Shown piece after piece: positions 14,267 through 27,148 of a DNA stretch of 64,000 nt. Position numbers and translations under genes: made by a program. Source of the DNA: Psammoneis japonica (taxonomy: Eukaryota); the NCBI GenBank assembly GCA_008632985.1, contig QPGO01000006.1, positions 1 through 64,000 of the forward strand, written 5' to 3'. Under the pieces are notes generated by a model. It ran no database searches and had not been told where the DNA came from. It saw only the letters and a program-made list of their open reading frames with translations. Positions within the stretch are counted from its first letter, which is position 1. Every line of letters starts with the position of its first letter.

Positions 14267-15299
14267 ATGGGTTTGTTCAAGAAGCTAAAGAAGAGAATCA
14301 GATCCCCGTTTAAGCGCTTGCAGGGCAAGAAGAAGAAGAAGAAGTCGACAACTCTAGCGGAGGCATCGACTTGTGATGTTACAACCGAGACGAATACTAC
14401 AGACGGTCCAAAAAACCAGGAAAAGGTTGACAGCGATGTGGGTTCTATGCTAGGGAAGTTTCCGGAAGAGGTGTATGCTACAGAGACTGCAGCGGGCTCT
14501 GGTTCATTGATGGGATCGTATGTTTGTGCAAGCAACCTTGAATCTATCTCGGATGGAAGTCGAAACGATGCTGATGAAATCCTTGACCTAGCTGTTGCGA
14601 CTCCTTCTGATCAGGTAGAACAAGAAGCCAAAAATAGGAATCCAGAGGACGCATCTGTTGACGACCTCCTACGTGGACGTTCACAAAGAACAAAGATGGA
14701 ACCTTCAATTACTCCAGGAAGCATGTTCTCACCAAGACCACCGATAGAGCTTCCATCTAACGAAGAATCAAAACGTGTGGCGGACGATGATGACGATCAC
14801 GATGGCCAAACTAGACTCCTTCCCTCCTCGCTGCTCGGTCTTTACACCCGGCATCACGAACCCGATAGAGCAGTGACGCACATTTACCACGATGATCTCT
14901 CAACTTTGTACGAAGTACCTACTGACAAGGAGGACAACGATTCGCTAGCATCATGTACCAGCACCAATGATCTGGATGATATTTTGGGCGACTTTGCTGA
15001 TAAGAGCGATAAGAAGCAGGGGATAGCACGCAGCGCTAGCCGCAACAGTAATCCGGACAATTCCATTATTCAAATGAGGTGGGACTATGCGCTAAACATG
15101 GTGTGTAGCGAAGCATCTCAACTATTTGGTACTATTGCTCAGGTAAGCAACACTCACACTTATGGCGTGTTAGTTTCTGTCCTGACGTACGGCGACTCTA
15201 ACATGTGCTCATTCCTGTTGAAAATGCGACTTTCAACAAATAAAACTCTAGGCGGCGCTTGTCGATGACTCCTACGGACCTGATATGGCTGAAATTTGA
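14267..15299 (+). CDS. Hypothetical low-complexity acidic protein with Lys-rich N-terminus, 2 exons (14267-15142, 15252-15299)
   Basis: Long ORF starting MGLFKKLKKRIRSPF. Donor CAG|GTAAGC at 15143 and acceptor TAG at 15251 lead in frame to TGA at 15297-15299. Confidence 0.6.
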
Positions 15300-15559
15300 G
15301 CCAAGCATGCTAATCATCTGTTACGACAACCTTTATTAACATCTGATACGACATCTTATATTGCATACTGATACGCTGTGCAGCGCAAGAAGCGAAGAAG
15401 CAGTCCGTGAGAACTAGCATAGCTTAGAATAATAAACTTGCACCTGTTCAAAAAGAAACGAATCACTGTTTTGAGCAACTCCCTACGGTACTCTAGAGTA
15501 CGACCCGGGCACGTAGCCATATTTTTATACTCCACAAAGGCGCAGAGCACGGGGGGGGC

Positions 15560-15800
15560 ATCCCTCTCTCTACTCTACAGAGCAGGCTCTAGCTAGAGCT
15601 AGCTAGAGAGTCCTCTACTCGTAGAGAGCTCCCTACTCGAGTCTATCTCTCTAGTAGCTAGCTACTAGCTGGCTCTAGCTAGCTATTAGATAGCTCTACT
15701 CTACTCTCTACTAGCTAGTCTTTAGCTAGAGTAGAGCTTGCTAGTAGTAGCTACTAGCTAGCTCTCTCTCTCTCTAGCTAGAGAGTATGTACTGGTAGCA
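15560..15800. repeat. CTAG/TAG/AGAG-rich low-complexity tract
   Basis: Built from tagc, ctag, ctac and gaga words. Confidence 0.85.
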
Positions 15801-15998
15801 GAGGGAAGAGAGTGCGCTTTGTGCCGAGCCATGAGATAGAATGACTTCGATCCCGTGCATCGGACAATACGACAGGTACAGTATGGGTGGGTCATCTCTA
15901 TGACCATCGGTCATAAGGTCATTTCATCTGTTTTGCCGCTCATTTTTTCTTCAGCATATTCGCAGCTCGCAGCACAATTTGTTCGATCAAGGAATACA

Positions 15999-17345
15999 AT
16001 GAAGAAACGCTTCGTATGCTGTCTGCTTGTCCTTGTATGCAGTTTATCGCTTTGGACAGCACTCTTCAGCCAATCTGTTCAAAATAATCATTGGAGAAAA
16101 CTGGGGGTGAGCACCGAATATGATCATCTTGCTCTTCCCGCCGAAGAGCACGTCCTTCACGCTACAAATCACAGTGACGCAGCAGATCACAAGCCTTTGT
16201 TTATATTGCATGTCGGACCTTCAAAAACTGGAACGACGTCGATACAATGGTTTGCTGCCACACATGAAAAGCTCTTGCACAAAAGCAACTTTCATTATCT
16301 CGGGCATTTCAAGAACGCATCGAGTCTCCCAGAATTGAATCTGCACGTTCTGAGCGATCTATGCTATGCATGCAAAAAAGATCCAAGAAGAAAAGAGACC
16401 TGTATGGATCCGTGCCATGCCAGATGGAAGGAATTTGAAGCGTCGGTGAATCGTCATTACGAATTAGGTCACAATGTGTTTGTTTCCAATGAATTGTTTT
16501 CAGGATTCCGTGATGAACGCTATGAAATCGAGCCTCTATGGAACCCGCTTCTCCGTATCATTGATCAACACAAATGGGACGTCCGCGTCATCCTTGCGTA
16601 TCGCAGATATCACGAATGGGTACCGAGCAAATACTTCCAACTCTTTAACCCAAACGCGAAGAATAGAAATCAAGCTTGGACCGATGAAGGGGGTCGAACC
16701 CCTCCATTGTTCTCGGAGTATTATGAGAGCCACAAGAAAGACACGTTTAAGCACCCTGCTATTCTGAGACACAAGTGGCAGAAATACTTTTCAAACGTTT
16801 GGGTTTTCAATATGCATGAATCGAACAACAGTCCAAATCTCGTTCAGAGTTTCTATTGCAAAATGTTACCGGAGGCAAAACATGCGTGCAAGTACTTGAA
16901 GAGACTGCAAGAACAAGGCGATGATACTAGAATAGAAATAAACTCATCGACAAAAAAGGTGGTGCACTTCGACATGTTGGCTGTTGAAGCCTTTCGGCGG
17001 GGTTGGATCAAGAAGAACAGCACTCATTCCAGGACCGCAGTATGGCAAGCCGCCAAAGAATTCGCCGAAAACAAGGGAATGGTTCAACTATCGGACTTTC
17101 CTAGAAAGTGCCTTACAAAGGCACAAGTCAAAGAGTTTCTCACTCAAACATTGGAACTGGAAAAAGAAATGGTGCCAGATTTTTACAATTCGCCGTCGGG
17201 GAAACAGTCACTCTCGAGCAGCTTCTGGCAAGCGGTGAAGCAGGGTAAGTTTTGCTCAGTTCATGTCAACAAGGTTCTGAAGCAAGAAAAATGGAAACGG
17301 TTCTTTCATGGACGCTTTGGAGGAAAGAATCAGACCAAAGGATGA
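15999..17345 (+). CDS. Membrane-anchored P-loop/sulfotransferase-like protein
   Basis: N-terminal TM anchor; LFILHVGPSKTGTTSIQ (5'-PSB-like loop), FVSNELFS and VILAYRRYHEWVPSKY. Intronless 448-aa ORF. Confidence 0.75.
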   Translation: MKKRFVCCLLVLVCSLSLWTALFSQSVQNNHWRKLGVSTEYDHLALPAEEHVLHATNHSDAADHKPLFILHVGPSKTGTTSIQWFAATHEKLLHKSNFHYLGHFKNASSLPELNLHVLSDLCYACKKDPRRKETCMDPCHARWKEFEASVNRHYELGHNVFVSNELFSGFRDERYEIEPLWNPLLRIIDQHKWDVRVILAYRRYHEWVPSKYFQLFNPNAKNRNQAWTDEGGRTPPLFSEYYESHKKDTFKHPAILRHKWQKYFSNVWVFNMHESNNSPNLVQSFYCKMLPEAKHACKYLKRLQEQGDDTRIEINSSTKKVVHFDMLAVEAFRRGWIKKNSTHSRTAVWQAAKEFAENKGMVQLSDFPRKCLTKAQVKEFLTQTLELEKEMVPDFYNSPSGKQSLSSSFWQAVKQGKFCSVHVNKVLKQEKWKRFFHGRFGGKNQTKG

Positions 17346-17379
17346 CGGTAGAAGTGTCATGAAAGCGGAGGGGAGATCA

Positions 17380-19215
17380 AATAACAAGAGATAGGTAGAA
17401 ATGATTTGAACGAGGAGGAAGAGGCTCGTCGGGGGTGGGGAATGGAGTGTTTTGATGGCGATGACTCAAGCCAGAATAAGATTCACCAGCTTGTTCGTTG
17501 GCAGGCATAGTGTTGGTAACAACACAATGTCGCTGCCACCCATTTATTAAGCGCGGGAAAAGCAACGAAGAATCCAAGGCGTCTGCTCGAATCCGTGGTT
17601 TAGTCGTTTCGTCCAAATTTTGTAAGCCGACAGTGCAAAAAACGCTCTTTGTCTGTATCCTTCCGATTGCAGCAATAATACCGCTGGTTTGAGTTTGTGG
17701 ACTTTTGTCTCGGTTATAGTAACCCGAGTGCGCACGACGAGGATAGAAAGTGTAATCATTGGGAGCGCCGCTGTCGAGCAATCGTCGTCGTTGCTCGAAT
17801 CATTTGAATTTGCCCAACGCAAGTACAAGAATTGCTCAAAAAAGACAAGGCTTGGAACGGACTATGGCTTACTAAATGATGTGATTGGTGGGCGCGATCC
17901 AAGACCACGAGAAACTTTTGACATTTAGATATTGTCCGCATAGCACATGAGTTCATTTCGTTTTCGCCATTGGAGCAACTCGGGCGACATTCCTTACGTC
18001 AACTTGGAAGGCTGCGCCACGATGCGAGTCTTTTTCAAATACAAAACGAGGCGACTGACGAAGAATTGGGGGAGATAGAAACACAGAGGATATTGTGGTC
18101 GTCATATCGTTCCACCGGGTGTTACAGCTGTACTATATTGTTTAGTAGCCATTGTTGAACAATTGATTACAGATGTGGGATAGAAAATTTATTACAATGG
18201 AATTCTTCGGAAGCGAAATGTTGCTGACATTCTGTACAGAATTATATTCCTGTCGGTGGCGCTTTGTCGGTCGGCAGTATATATTCGGCATCAAATTCGC
18301 CCCCGGATAGCTCTCGCCTGAGCCACACAATCCCTGCGTTTGCGTCGTCGAGCTCTTCCTCTACATCATTGAGCTTTGCGTATGCGTGGGGGTTGTCGTT
18401 CTCGTGCTCCACAATCTCACCATCCGACAATTCGTCCTCGTCAGAATCACATCTGTAGCTCTCTTTCGCGTTCAGTTTTGAGGCGTCTCTGTAATCGGAG
18501 TGCTCTGATCGGAACCAGATGGATCTGCTAGAGTGGATCGCGAGGAGTTGATCATTATAATACAACGGTGCTTATCTCCGCGAATCCGGGTCGCACAATC
18601 CTGTACCCTCGACAAGTATCCAGCATTGATGGCACTCCAACAAGAGTTGCCCATTGACGTCCAGTAGCGGGAGGCTTGCCGGTATTGACCGAGAACGACT
18701 TGTCGTGGGGTACAGCAAAATATGATATAATGACAAGGACGATGATCCTTGTGCGTGGCAACAAACTTTGCGACAACGGTGCTTTGTTCTTGGATCCCTT
18801 GCCGTCGGACCCAATGCCCTCAACTTGTTGGGTTTCCGTCATGGAACCGTCAAAGCAGTAATGCATGGATACTACTCGAACTCAATTCTGATTGGTCGCT
18901 GAGTTGCTTGGTGAGCTTTTCGTTCGACTCCCTCCTATTTTTGGCCCGCTCGTGGTTTGCATGGCAGATCTCTCGGCAATACCAATTGATTTACGTGGAC
19001 AGTGATGACATCGAGACGTGAAACTCGTTCGCCGGCTGCTTCTTGATCGATACCCTTATCATTTCCTTGGCGTAGCTTTTTTCGATCTCCACTTCATGAT
19101 GTTTCTCTGGATCTCTCGATCTCTCTGAAGACCTTTCAGCATCCTCATTCTTGTGTATGTAGAGAATCAACAGCATAAAAATCATGTAGACAAGCTACCG
19201 GAATCTGAACCCCAT
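17380..19215 (-). pseudogene. Probable decayed gene of unknown family
   Basis: Protein-like fragments in changing frames (MGFRFR*LVYMIFMLLILY...; YRCDSDEDELSDGEIVEHE...) with in-frame stops. No family recognised. Confidence 0.3.
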
Positions 19216-19239
19216 CTACTCGTCGGTACTAATGATTCG

Positions 19240-19879
19240 TCAAGGCTGGACTGCTTCAGACTGTGATGCTGAATCCTTCAACATGTCCTCAACGCTTGCC
19301 CTTTCTCCTCTGCCCAAACGACATGTTTGTATATTGTCGTCATCACCATTGACAATAAGTTGATACCCTTTCATGTAGGTGCCACAAACAAGAGCCAGCA
19401 CAACATAAGCGCCCCACAGTCCGAACCACAGTGCTCCGCGTACGCCTTCATTGTCGCCTTCTCCCCAATCGCAAGTCCACACAATGCATGGTAGAAAATG
19501 AACCCAGATTCCAAATATGCATCCGACTGCGACGTGAAATAAAAACTCGGAAACAGTCCAAGGTCGCGGAGTTATCTTGACACGTTCGATTGATTTCGGA
19601 ATGTTCTCCGATGCGAACGTTATTTCCACAGCAGACACCGCAGAGCGATCGATACTCTGCCGAAACAACTCCACTCTCGTTGGATTTGATCTCTGTACAC
19701 CCCGTAATGTACAATCCAAAGAAGCGATAAAAGGGAGACACGATTGCATCTGGATTATTCTGAGCTCTTTGATGTCGAACCAAACATCGAGCATAAATAA
19801 AATGCAGCACGGTAAGGCCGAGAATAATGGCGACTACAATCAGAGCTCCACTTCGAGTGGCGGGCCATTCGTCGGACAT
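19240..19879 (-). pseudogene. Small membrane protein gene with one frameshift near 19620
   Basis: The N-terminal half (MSDEWPAT...GVCCGN) and C-terminal half (TFASENIPKS...AVQP*) lie in different frames and join at one point. Could be a sequencing error. Confidence 0.5.
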
Positions 19880-20811
19880 ATTGTTGAATCTCTTCTACCA
19901 AATAGAGCTATAAAGCCGATGACAGCAAAGGAAGACAAAGACGTGCGATAGACCTGTGTTATGGTGCGGGCTTTCGGTTTCCCGGCCGCTCCATCCATCC
20001 GGTCCATCCGCCCGCCCGCCCGTCGGCCCTGTGCATTGTATGTTCTTCAACCCGCTCCCGATCGTGCATTCTTGGGTTTTGGAGATGGTGAAGCATTCAT
20101 GCCGTGCGGTGGCGCCGACCCATGCTCGGCCTTGTTTGAGCTGTTCTCCATCGTTTTCGTTAATTGAAGACACTTGCATTACTTTGGGGAGGTGGCAGTG
20201 TCAGGTGAGACCCTTGGTTTGGCAAGAAACAAAGTTGTCGTTTTGTGTGGAAATCGAGATGAAGTTTTCGATCGTGTGTCAGCCATTTCTGAGCTGCGGC
20301 ACCCATGTTTTGATTTTCATTCATTCACCTCACCTCCTCTGATGCCCTTGGGCATGCTGTGTGTGATCTGTGGTGAGAAACATTGCACTGTCACATTGGC
20401 AAGAAGGGCCGCAAAATGAGGAATTGTCGCCACCCACACTTTGATGTTCGCGCATTCAGGCACCTCATGTGTTGTCTCCCATTGCTTTTGTCTCTTTGGC
20501 ACAAGATGTGAAAAGCATCTCACATGTCTTGGATGTGCTTTCTGTGTGATCTGTGGAGACAAACACATCGGCCGCACTCTTGTGGTCTCGTGCCGGCATT
20601 TTGTGTCTCTGTCACCGACCCGCGCTTGATGTTTGTTTGTTCGTTTCATCTTGACACTCACACTTCTCTAATTGAATCTTTGATTTGCAGCTGTGTTGGG
20701 GCTGTGCTGTCTTGGACGTGCTTTTGGTGTTGGCTGTGGCGAGAAACATCGTCCACACTTGTGTGGTCTCAAGTCTCAGATGTCAAGTTCGATGTGTGCC
20801 AGCGCCTTCTG

Positions 20812-21270
20812 CAGCATGCATGCAGACAAAAGGTTGTTTTTGTCATGCCCTTTGTGACATTTAAAGGCTGTGACACGTCGCCGTGATGCATTGGCTCTTG
20901 TCAGCAGCTGTGTGTTGCACTCCTCCCCATGTGTCGCGCATCCACACGGCTCTTTGCCAACGTGTGCTGACACTGCACGGTTTTGGCGGAACAGTGTGGG
21001 TGCACACGAAGGAACATGCAGAACTGCACAGAGTTTTGTGCGTTTGACAGTGATCAACGTTGCTGCAGACAACTCCTGCTCAGGGTTTCGAACCCCTGGC
21101 CTCCTGCCCAATGGTTGCGATGAACCACTCCGCTGTGAATTCACAGTGCAGCATGCATGCAGACAAAAGGCCATTTTTGTCATGCCCTTTGTGACATTTA
21201 AAGGCTGTGACACGTCGCCGTGACACATTGGCTCTCATTGGCAGCTGTGCATTGCACTTCTCCTTTCCAT
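20812..21270 (+). repeat. ~125-bp direct repeat (about 20812-20935 and 21149-21270)
   Basis: gcagcatgcatgcagacaaaagg..tttttgtcatgccctttgtgacatttaaaggctgtgacacgtcgccgtga present twice; differences are mostly TG<->CA. Confidence 0.85.
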
Positions 21271-22639
21271 CTGAGAACATGTTTGTCCCATTTGTCCAAC
21301 CTGCTGGATGCCAGTCAAGTCACAAAACAGAGCAGGGGTGCCAAACCAGTTCTTCTGTCATCCTGAAGCTGGCTTTGCTTTGTTTTCATTGGCGGCATCA
21401 TGTTCCCCAGCTGGTTGTCATGCGCCCAAGAGCCACCAAGCACTCTGACTGGAGCTCTCATGTCGTCCAACATCAGCGCATTTGATGGAAGAACAACAAG
21501 CAGCAAATCACTGGATGCGTCATTTGACAACCTGCAAGTGCCTCCAACTTGATTGAACACTGTTGAAAGGAACCTGACTCTTTTTGCCAGCAGCTGCAAA
21601 TGACGTGAACACTGGCTTGTCTGAGACACCCAAGACTGCAGCTGTGCCATGAGTGTTGCCAGCCTTCAGTTGACTGTGTTTGGCTTCAACATTTTTCTTG
21701 GCACAGTGCCCACATGCTTTGAGAAATGATTTGTTGTCAATTTTTAAGAACTTGGAAAGTTCTGGCTTGTGACATGTGACACAAGCCAGAACAATTTTCC
21801 AGGGATGAAGCCCTCCAGCACTCGTTCAATTTCATTGGGTCATTCAACAAAGGAGCCGATGGTGGCAAGTGCCTCTGCTGGTGAGGTCTGCGATGAAAAA
21901 TGATTGTTGCAGTCTGTGGCACACTTTCAAGGGCATGCCAAATTAATCTTGTGTGCAGCTGGGCACAAAAAGTGCAAAGCCATGCTGCTCTGCAAAACGC
22001 GTGCTTCATTTTGTGCAAAACACCCTGTTTGGCTCACCACCCCACATTCAATGCAAAATCCACCCAACTGTGTGCAGCAGGCATTTGTTGTGCGCTCGTT
22101 GGTCATGGCTGGGGGTGGCAGATCAACAATCAAAACCAGAAAGAACCCGGAAGTGAACATTTGCTGTGAGTGCACACGATTTGACTGCACAAACAGAAAA
22201 GAAAACTGCTTGACCCGACTGCTGTCAGAAGTGCCATGACAACCCAAGCCAAGGCTTGTCACTGGGGTGTTCTGCAAAACAGGGGTCGTGCTTTGCATGT
22301 TTCATCAATCCAGGGTGAAAGCAGGGTGAGGGGAGCCGCCCAATGCATGAGATCAATTCGGCATTTTGCCGCAGTGCAACTGCAGCTGCTTTCAGAAAAA
22401 ACAACCTGCCCTGCTTTGCCCCCCACAGCTCAATGCCAAGGATCATTTCTTTTGCTCTCTTGTCATGTGGTCTGTTTTCCATTTGTTGACTTGTGCAAGA
22501 CTGACAGTCATCAACATCAAGAAAGCAGCAGGAAAGGGTCCAAAGTTGATGCCATTGTGGTGCTGACATTTTTCTTGATTCACCCGCTGCACAAGTTGTT
22601 GCCCAACCAACGTGTTGACGAAGCCATTGATTGAATCAC

Positions 22640-22980
22640 AAGCGCCCAAACATGTTCATTGAAAACATTCAGAATTTGTGCTTCATGACTCAACTTGCGC
22701 TGAAGAACACTTTTGGGTGTTTTGCAAAAGTGGGTCAATGCAAACATGAGCTGCTCAAGAAAAAGTGAGCTCTCATCTTGCGGCGCCATTTGATGAAAAC
22801 AGACCCAATGAATGTTCAGAAATGCAGATGAGGGTGCATGCACAAGACATCTCAACATTTGAGGGTCTCTGCTTTTTTGCTGTTGAAAATTGTGCCACAG
22901 GTTCGGGCCACACACTTTGCTCAAAAATGGGCATTTTTGTGTGTGTGTGTGTGCAAACCTGAGTCTGGACCAAGTTGGAC
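22640..22980 (-). repeat. Dispersed repeat, homologous in inverted orientation to about 35100-35470
   Basis: Shared blocks aaaaatgccc.ttttt, gcacaattttcaacag.caaaa and tgagagct..tttt..tgagca. Confidence 0.6.
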
Positions 22981-25442
22981 ACAAAATGGCCAAGAGCACA
23001 AAATCCCAAAAGGTGCAAAATGGTCAAGGGCACAAAATGGGCAAGGCTGCTTAAAAAAATCACAAAAGGTGCAAAATGGCTGAGCGCAGAAAATCATGAA
23101 GGGCACACAGTGGCTGAGGGCACAAAAAGAGAAATGGCGCAAAATCAAAAAGGGCGCAATGTGGCCAAAATCACAAAATGATTGAGAGGGCACAGAGTGA
23201 GAGAGAGCACAAAGCCGCGGAGGGCACAAAATGGCTGGGGGCACAAAGGGCACAAAATGAGAGATGGCACAAAATCATGAAGGGCACAAAATGTGCGAGG
23301 GCGCGCAGAATGAAAGAGGGCACAAAACCATGAAGGGCACAAAATGGCTGGGGGCACAAAGTGAGAAAGGACAAAAAATCACAAAGGGTGCAAAATGGCG
23401 AAGGGCACAAAAGGGCTGGCTGCACATGACGAAACAACATTTGGGGTGACAAAGGGCACAAAATCCTGAAGGGCACAAAAGCACAAAGGTCACAAAATGG
23501 CCAAGGGCACAAAATGAGAAAAGGCAAAGAATTGCAAAGGGTGCAAAATGAGAGAGGGCACAAAGTTGCTGAGTGTGCAAAATGAGAGAGGACCCAAAAA
23601 TCATGGCGGGGCACAAAATGGCAGAGGGCACAAAATGAGAACAGCAGCAAAATCTCAAAGAAGGGTGCAACATTGCCAACAAGGGCACAAAGTGAGAAAG
23701 GGTGCAAAATCACAAAGAGTGCAAAATGGCCAAAGGCAAAGGTTCATGAGGGCACAAAATGAGAAAGAAGGGCACAAAGCTGTGAAGGGCACAAAATGTC
23801 TGAGGGCACAAAATCATGAAGGGCACAAAATGGATGAGGGCACAAAATTGGAAAGGGCGCCAAATCATGAAGGGCACAAAATGGATGAGGTCACCCAACC
23901 ACCCAGGGCACAAAATCACAAAGGTCTCAAAATGGATGAGGGCACAAAACAAGAGAGGGCACAAAACCACAAAGGGCACAAAATCACAAAGGGCACAAAA
24001 TGGCCAAAGGCACAAAATCATGAAGGGCACACAATGGCAGCCAAAAGCACAAAATGAGAAAGGGCACAAATTGACCGAGGGCACAAAATCACAAAGGGCA
24101 CAAAATGGCTGAGTGCGCAAAATGAAAAAAGGCAAAGAACTGCAAAAGGTGCAAAATGGTGAAGGGCACAAAATGAAAGAGGGCACAAACTCATGAAGGG
24201 CACAAAATGGCTGAGGTCACAAACTCATGAAGGGCACAAAATTGGAGCGGGCACAAAATGGATGAGGGCACCCAATGGCCAATGGCACAAAATCATGAAG
24301 GGGTCAAAATGGCTGAGGGTGCCAAATGAGAAAGTGCAAAAAACCGTGAAGGGCAAAAAAAAATTGTGGCTGGGGGGCACAAGGCACAAAGGGCACAACA
24401 TGAGAGAGGGCACAAAATCATGAAGGGCACAAAATGTGAGGGGGCACAGAATGAAAGAGGGCACAAAACCGTGAAGGGCACAAAATGGCCAGGGGCACAA
24501 AATGAGAAAGGACAAAAAATCACAAAGGGTGCAAAATGGCCAAAAAGGCACAAAATGGCTGATGGCTGCACATGATGAAAAAATGCGCGGAATGACAAAG
24601 GGCACAAAATCATGAGGGGCACAAAATGGCCAAAGGCACAAAATCATGAAGGGCACAAATGGCAGCCAAAGCCACAAAACAAGAAAGAGCACAAAATGAC
24701 CAAGGGCACAAAAGCACAAAGGGCACAAAATGGTTGAGGGTGCAAAATGAGAAAAGGCAAAGAACTGCAAAGGGCACAAAATGGCTGAGGGCACAAAATC
24801 ATGAAGGGCACAAAGTTGGAAAGGACACAAAATGGATGAGGGCACCCAGTGGCCAAGGGCACAAAATCATGCAGGGCTCAAAATGGCTGAGGGTGCCAAA
24901 TGAGCGAGTGTGCACAAAACCATGAGAAGAGCACAAAATGGCTGAGGGCACAAAACCACAAAGGGTGCAAAATGGCCAAAGGCACAAAATCATGAAGGGC
25001 ACACAATGGCAGCCAGAGGCACAAAATGAGAAAGGGCACAACTTGGCCAAGGGCACAAAATCACAAAGGGCACAATGTGGCTGAGTGCACAAAATAAAAA
25101 AGGCAAAGAACTGCAAAGGGTGCAAAATGGCGAAGAGCACAAAATGAGAGAGGGCACAAAATCATGAAGGGCACAAAATTGGAAAGGGCACAAAATTGGA
25201 AAGGGCACAAAATGGATGAGGCCCACCCAATGGCCAATGGCGCAAAATCACGAAGGGGTCAAAATGGCTGAGGGTGCCAAATGAGAGGGTGCAAAAAACT
25301 GTGAAGGGCAAAAAATTGCTGAGTGCACAGAATGAGAAAGGGTGCAAAATGGCTGAGGGAAGCCCAGCCCCAAATGGCTGGCTGCACAAACAAAGGGCAC
25401 AAAATGGCCAAGGGCACAAAATTGTGAAGAGCACAAAAAATG
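22980..25442 (+). repeat. Satellite, ~19-21-bp unit with GGGCACAAAAT core and higher-order duplications
   Basis: Roughly a hundred or more GGGCAC/GGGTGC-AAAAT cores with short variable linkers. 23260-23440 resembles 24400-24580, and 23980-24350 resembles 24950-25310. Confidence 0.95.
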
Positions 25443-25444
25443 GC

Positions 25445-25620
25445 TTTTGATGAGCTTTCAAGCAAGCAAAGGCATGGCACACCTCATCCAGGTGTCCCTC
25501 ACATGGCAGTGCTGGGCCAGAAGACATGGGCAAGATGGCAACAAAGATGTCCATGCATCTGAGCTCAACTGCACAAAGGAGCACCCTGCCAACAAACATG
25601 GGTGGCACCTTGCCAGATCA
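25445..25620 (-). mobile_element. Ty1/copia (diatom CoDi-like) RT-RNase H linker remnant
   Basis: CAVELRCMDIFVAILPMSSGPALPCEGHLDEVCHAFACLKAH matches the recalled copia pattern WAVELGRIDI...MSS..ALPREGHL..VYHIFAYLK. Confidence 0.75.
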
Positions 25621-26349
25621 AAGCAGCTGCATTTCCTGCTCAACCTCAGACACAACCACATCATGATTTGCTCACTCAGGTCCAAGAGCAATGAGGAAAT
25701 GGCTGTTGAGCTTTCCAACATTGTCTGTGGATGATTCAAAGTCATGAAGAAATGTGTGTCAAGAATGCAGTTGGTGCAGAAACCCCATTTGACAAGCCAA
25801 AGTGCCGCTGACATTGGATGCAATGAGGCCAGCAGTGGGGTTGAAATCATCCAAAAATGTTTCTCAAAGGCTGCAACATGCCAAATGGGCTGTCAGCACG
25901 TTTGCCATTTTCCCAGGTTGTGCTAGAGCTGTCGCACATTTCCTTGATGCAACAACGCTGTCTTTCATGAAAAACCAGCCAGTTTTCTTGAAACAAGCCA
26001 TTCTCTTTGGCGGCTTCAAAGAGGTTTTCTGCTCCAGCGCCAAACACCAAAAATGCACAACAGCTCAATCAAACTGCAGTGCAAGTGCACAGTTCTGTCA
26101 GAGCAAAGTGTTTTCATGGGGACCAAGGGCAAAGTCTTTTTGAGAGAATGCAGCCTCTCCAAATGCACATTGTGGGCATGTGTGGGTGTTGTTGGCAGAG
26201 CAAACCAAGAGTGTTTTGAGCTCTTGTTTCTTTCCACCACAAGAATGGTTGGCTCTGAACATCTGAACAAGCCCAACAACATGTGCTGCTGGGTCCACAA
26301 CAAAGACAACATTGACTTGCCTGACAACAAATGAGCATCAGCGTCATCT

Positions 26350-27148
26350 TCTGAAACTTTTTCTGAAAGTTGGCATGCCAAGTTTTGCCCCAAAATTGGC
26401 ATGCAAAGTTTTGGTCAAGATTGGCCTGCCAAGTTTCCCCTCAAAGTTGGCAAAGTTGGCATGCCAGGTTTGCTCCAAAGTTGAAGCACCAAGTTTTGCA
26501 CCAAAGTTGGCATGTCATGTTTTGCCCTGAAGTTGACATGCCAAGTTTTGCCCCAAAGCTGGCAAGCCAAGTTTTGCTGCAATTTGGCATGCCAAGTTTT
26601 GTCCCAAAGTTGGCATGCTTTGGCATGCCAAGTTTGCTCCAAAGTTGATGTGCCAAGTTTTGTGCCAAAGTTGGCAGGCCAAGTTTTGCTCAAGATTGGC
26701 ATGCTGAGCTTGCCCCCAAAGTTGGCGTGCCAGGATTTGCTCCAAAGTTGGCATGCCAAGTTTCTCCCCAAAGTTGGTGTGTGAGTTTTGCTCCAAAGTT
26801 GGCAGCACCAATTTGTGCCAAAGTTGGCATGCCAAGTTTTGCTCCAAAGTTGGTGCACCAAGTTTCCCCCAAAAGTTGGTGTGCCAAGTTTTGCTCCAAA
26901 GTTGGTGTGCTGTGTTTTGCCCCAAAGTTGGTGTGCCAAGTTTTGCGCCAAAGTTGGTGCTCCAGCTTCTTTTTCCTCAAAGGCGGCACACCACATTTTG
27001 TGCTCCAATGTTGGTGCACCGAGTTTTGACCCCAAGTTGGCATGCCATGTTTTGCCCCAAGTTGGCATGCCAAGCTTTGCTCCCAAGTCTGCACACCAAG
27101 TTTTGTGCTGCAGCTGGCATTCCAAGTTTTGCTCCAAAGTTGGCATGA
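26350..27148. repeat. Satellite, ~25-bp near-palindromic unit CCAAAGTTGGCATGCCAAGTTTTGC
   Basis: About 30 tandem units; the core AAAGTTGGCATGCCAAGTTT is almost its own reverse complement. Confidence 0.95.

Noticed and set aside
22980..25442. Repeat-spacer-like pattern suggesting CRISPR
   Set aside because: The core is only ~11 bp, linkers are 8-10 nt and recur, no cas genes are present and the context is eukaryotic. It is a satellite.
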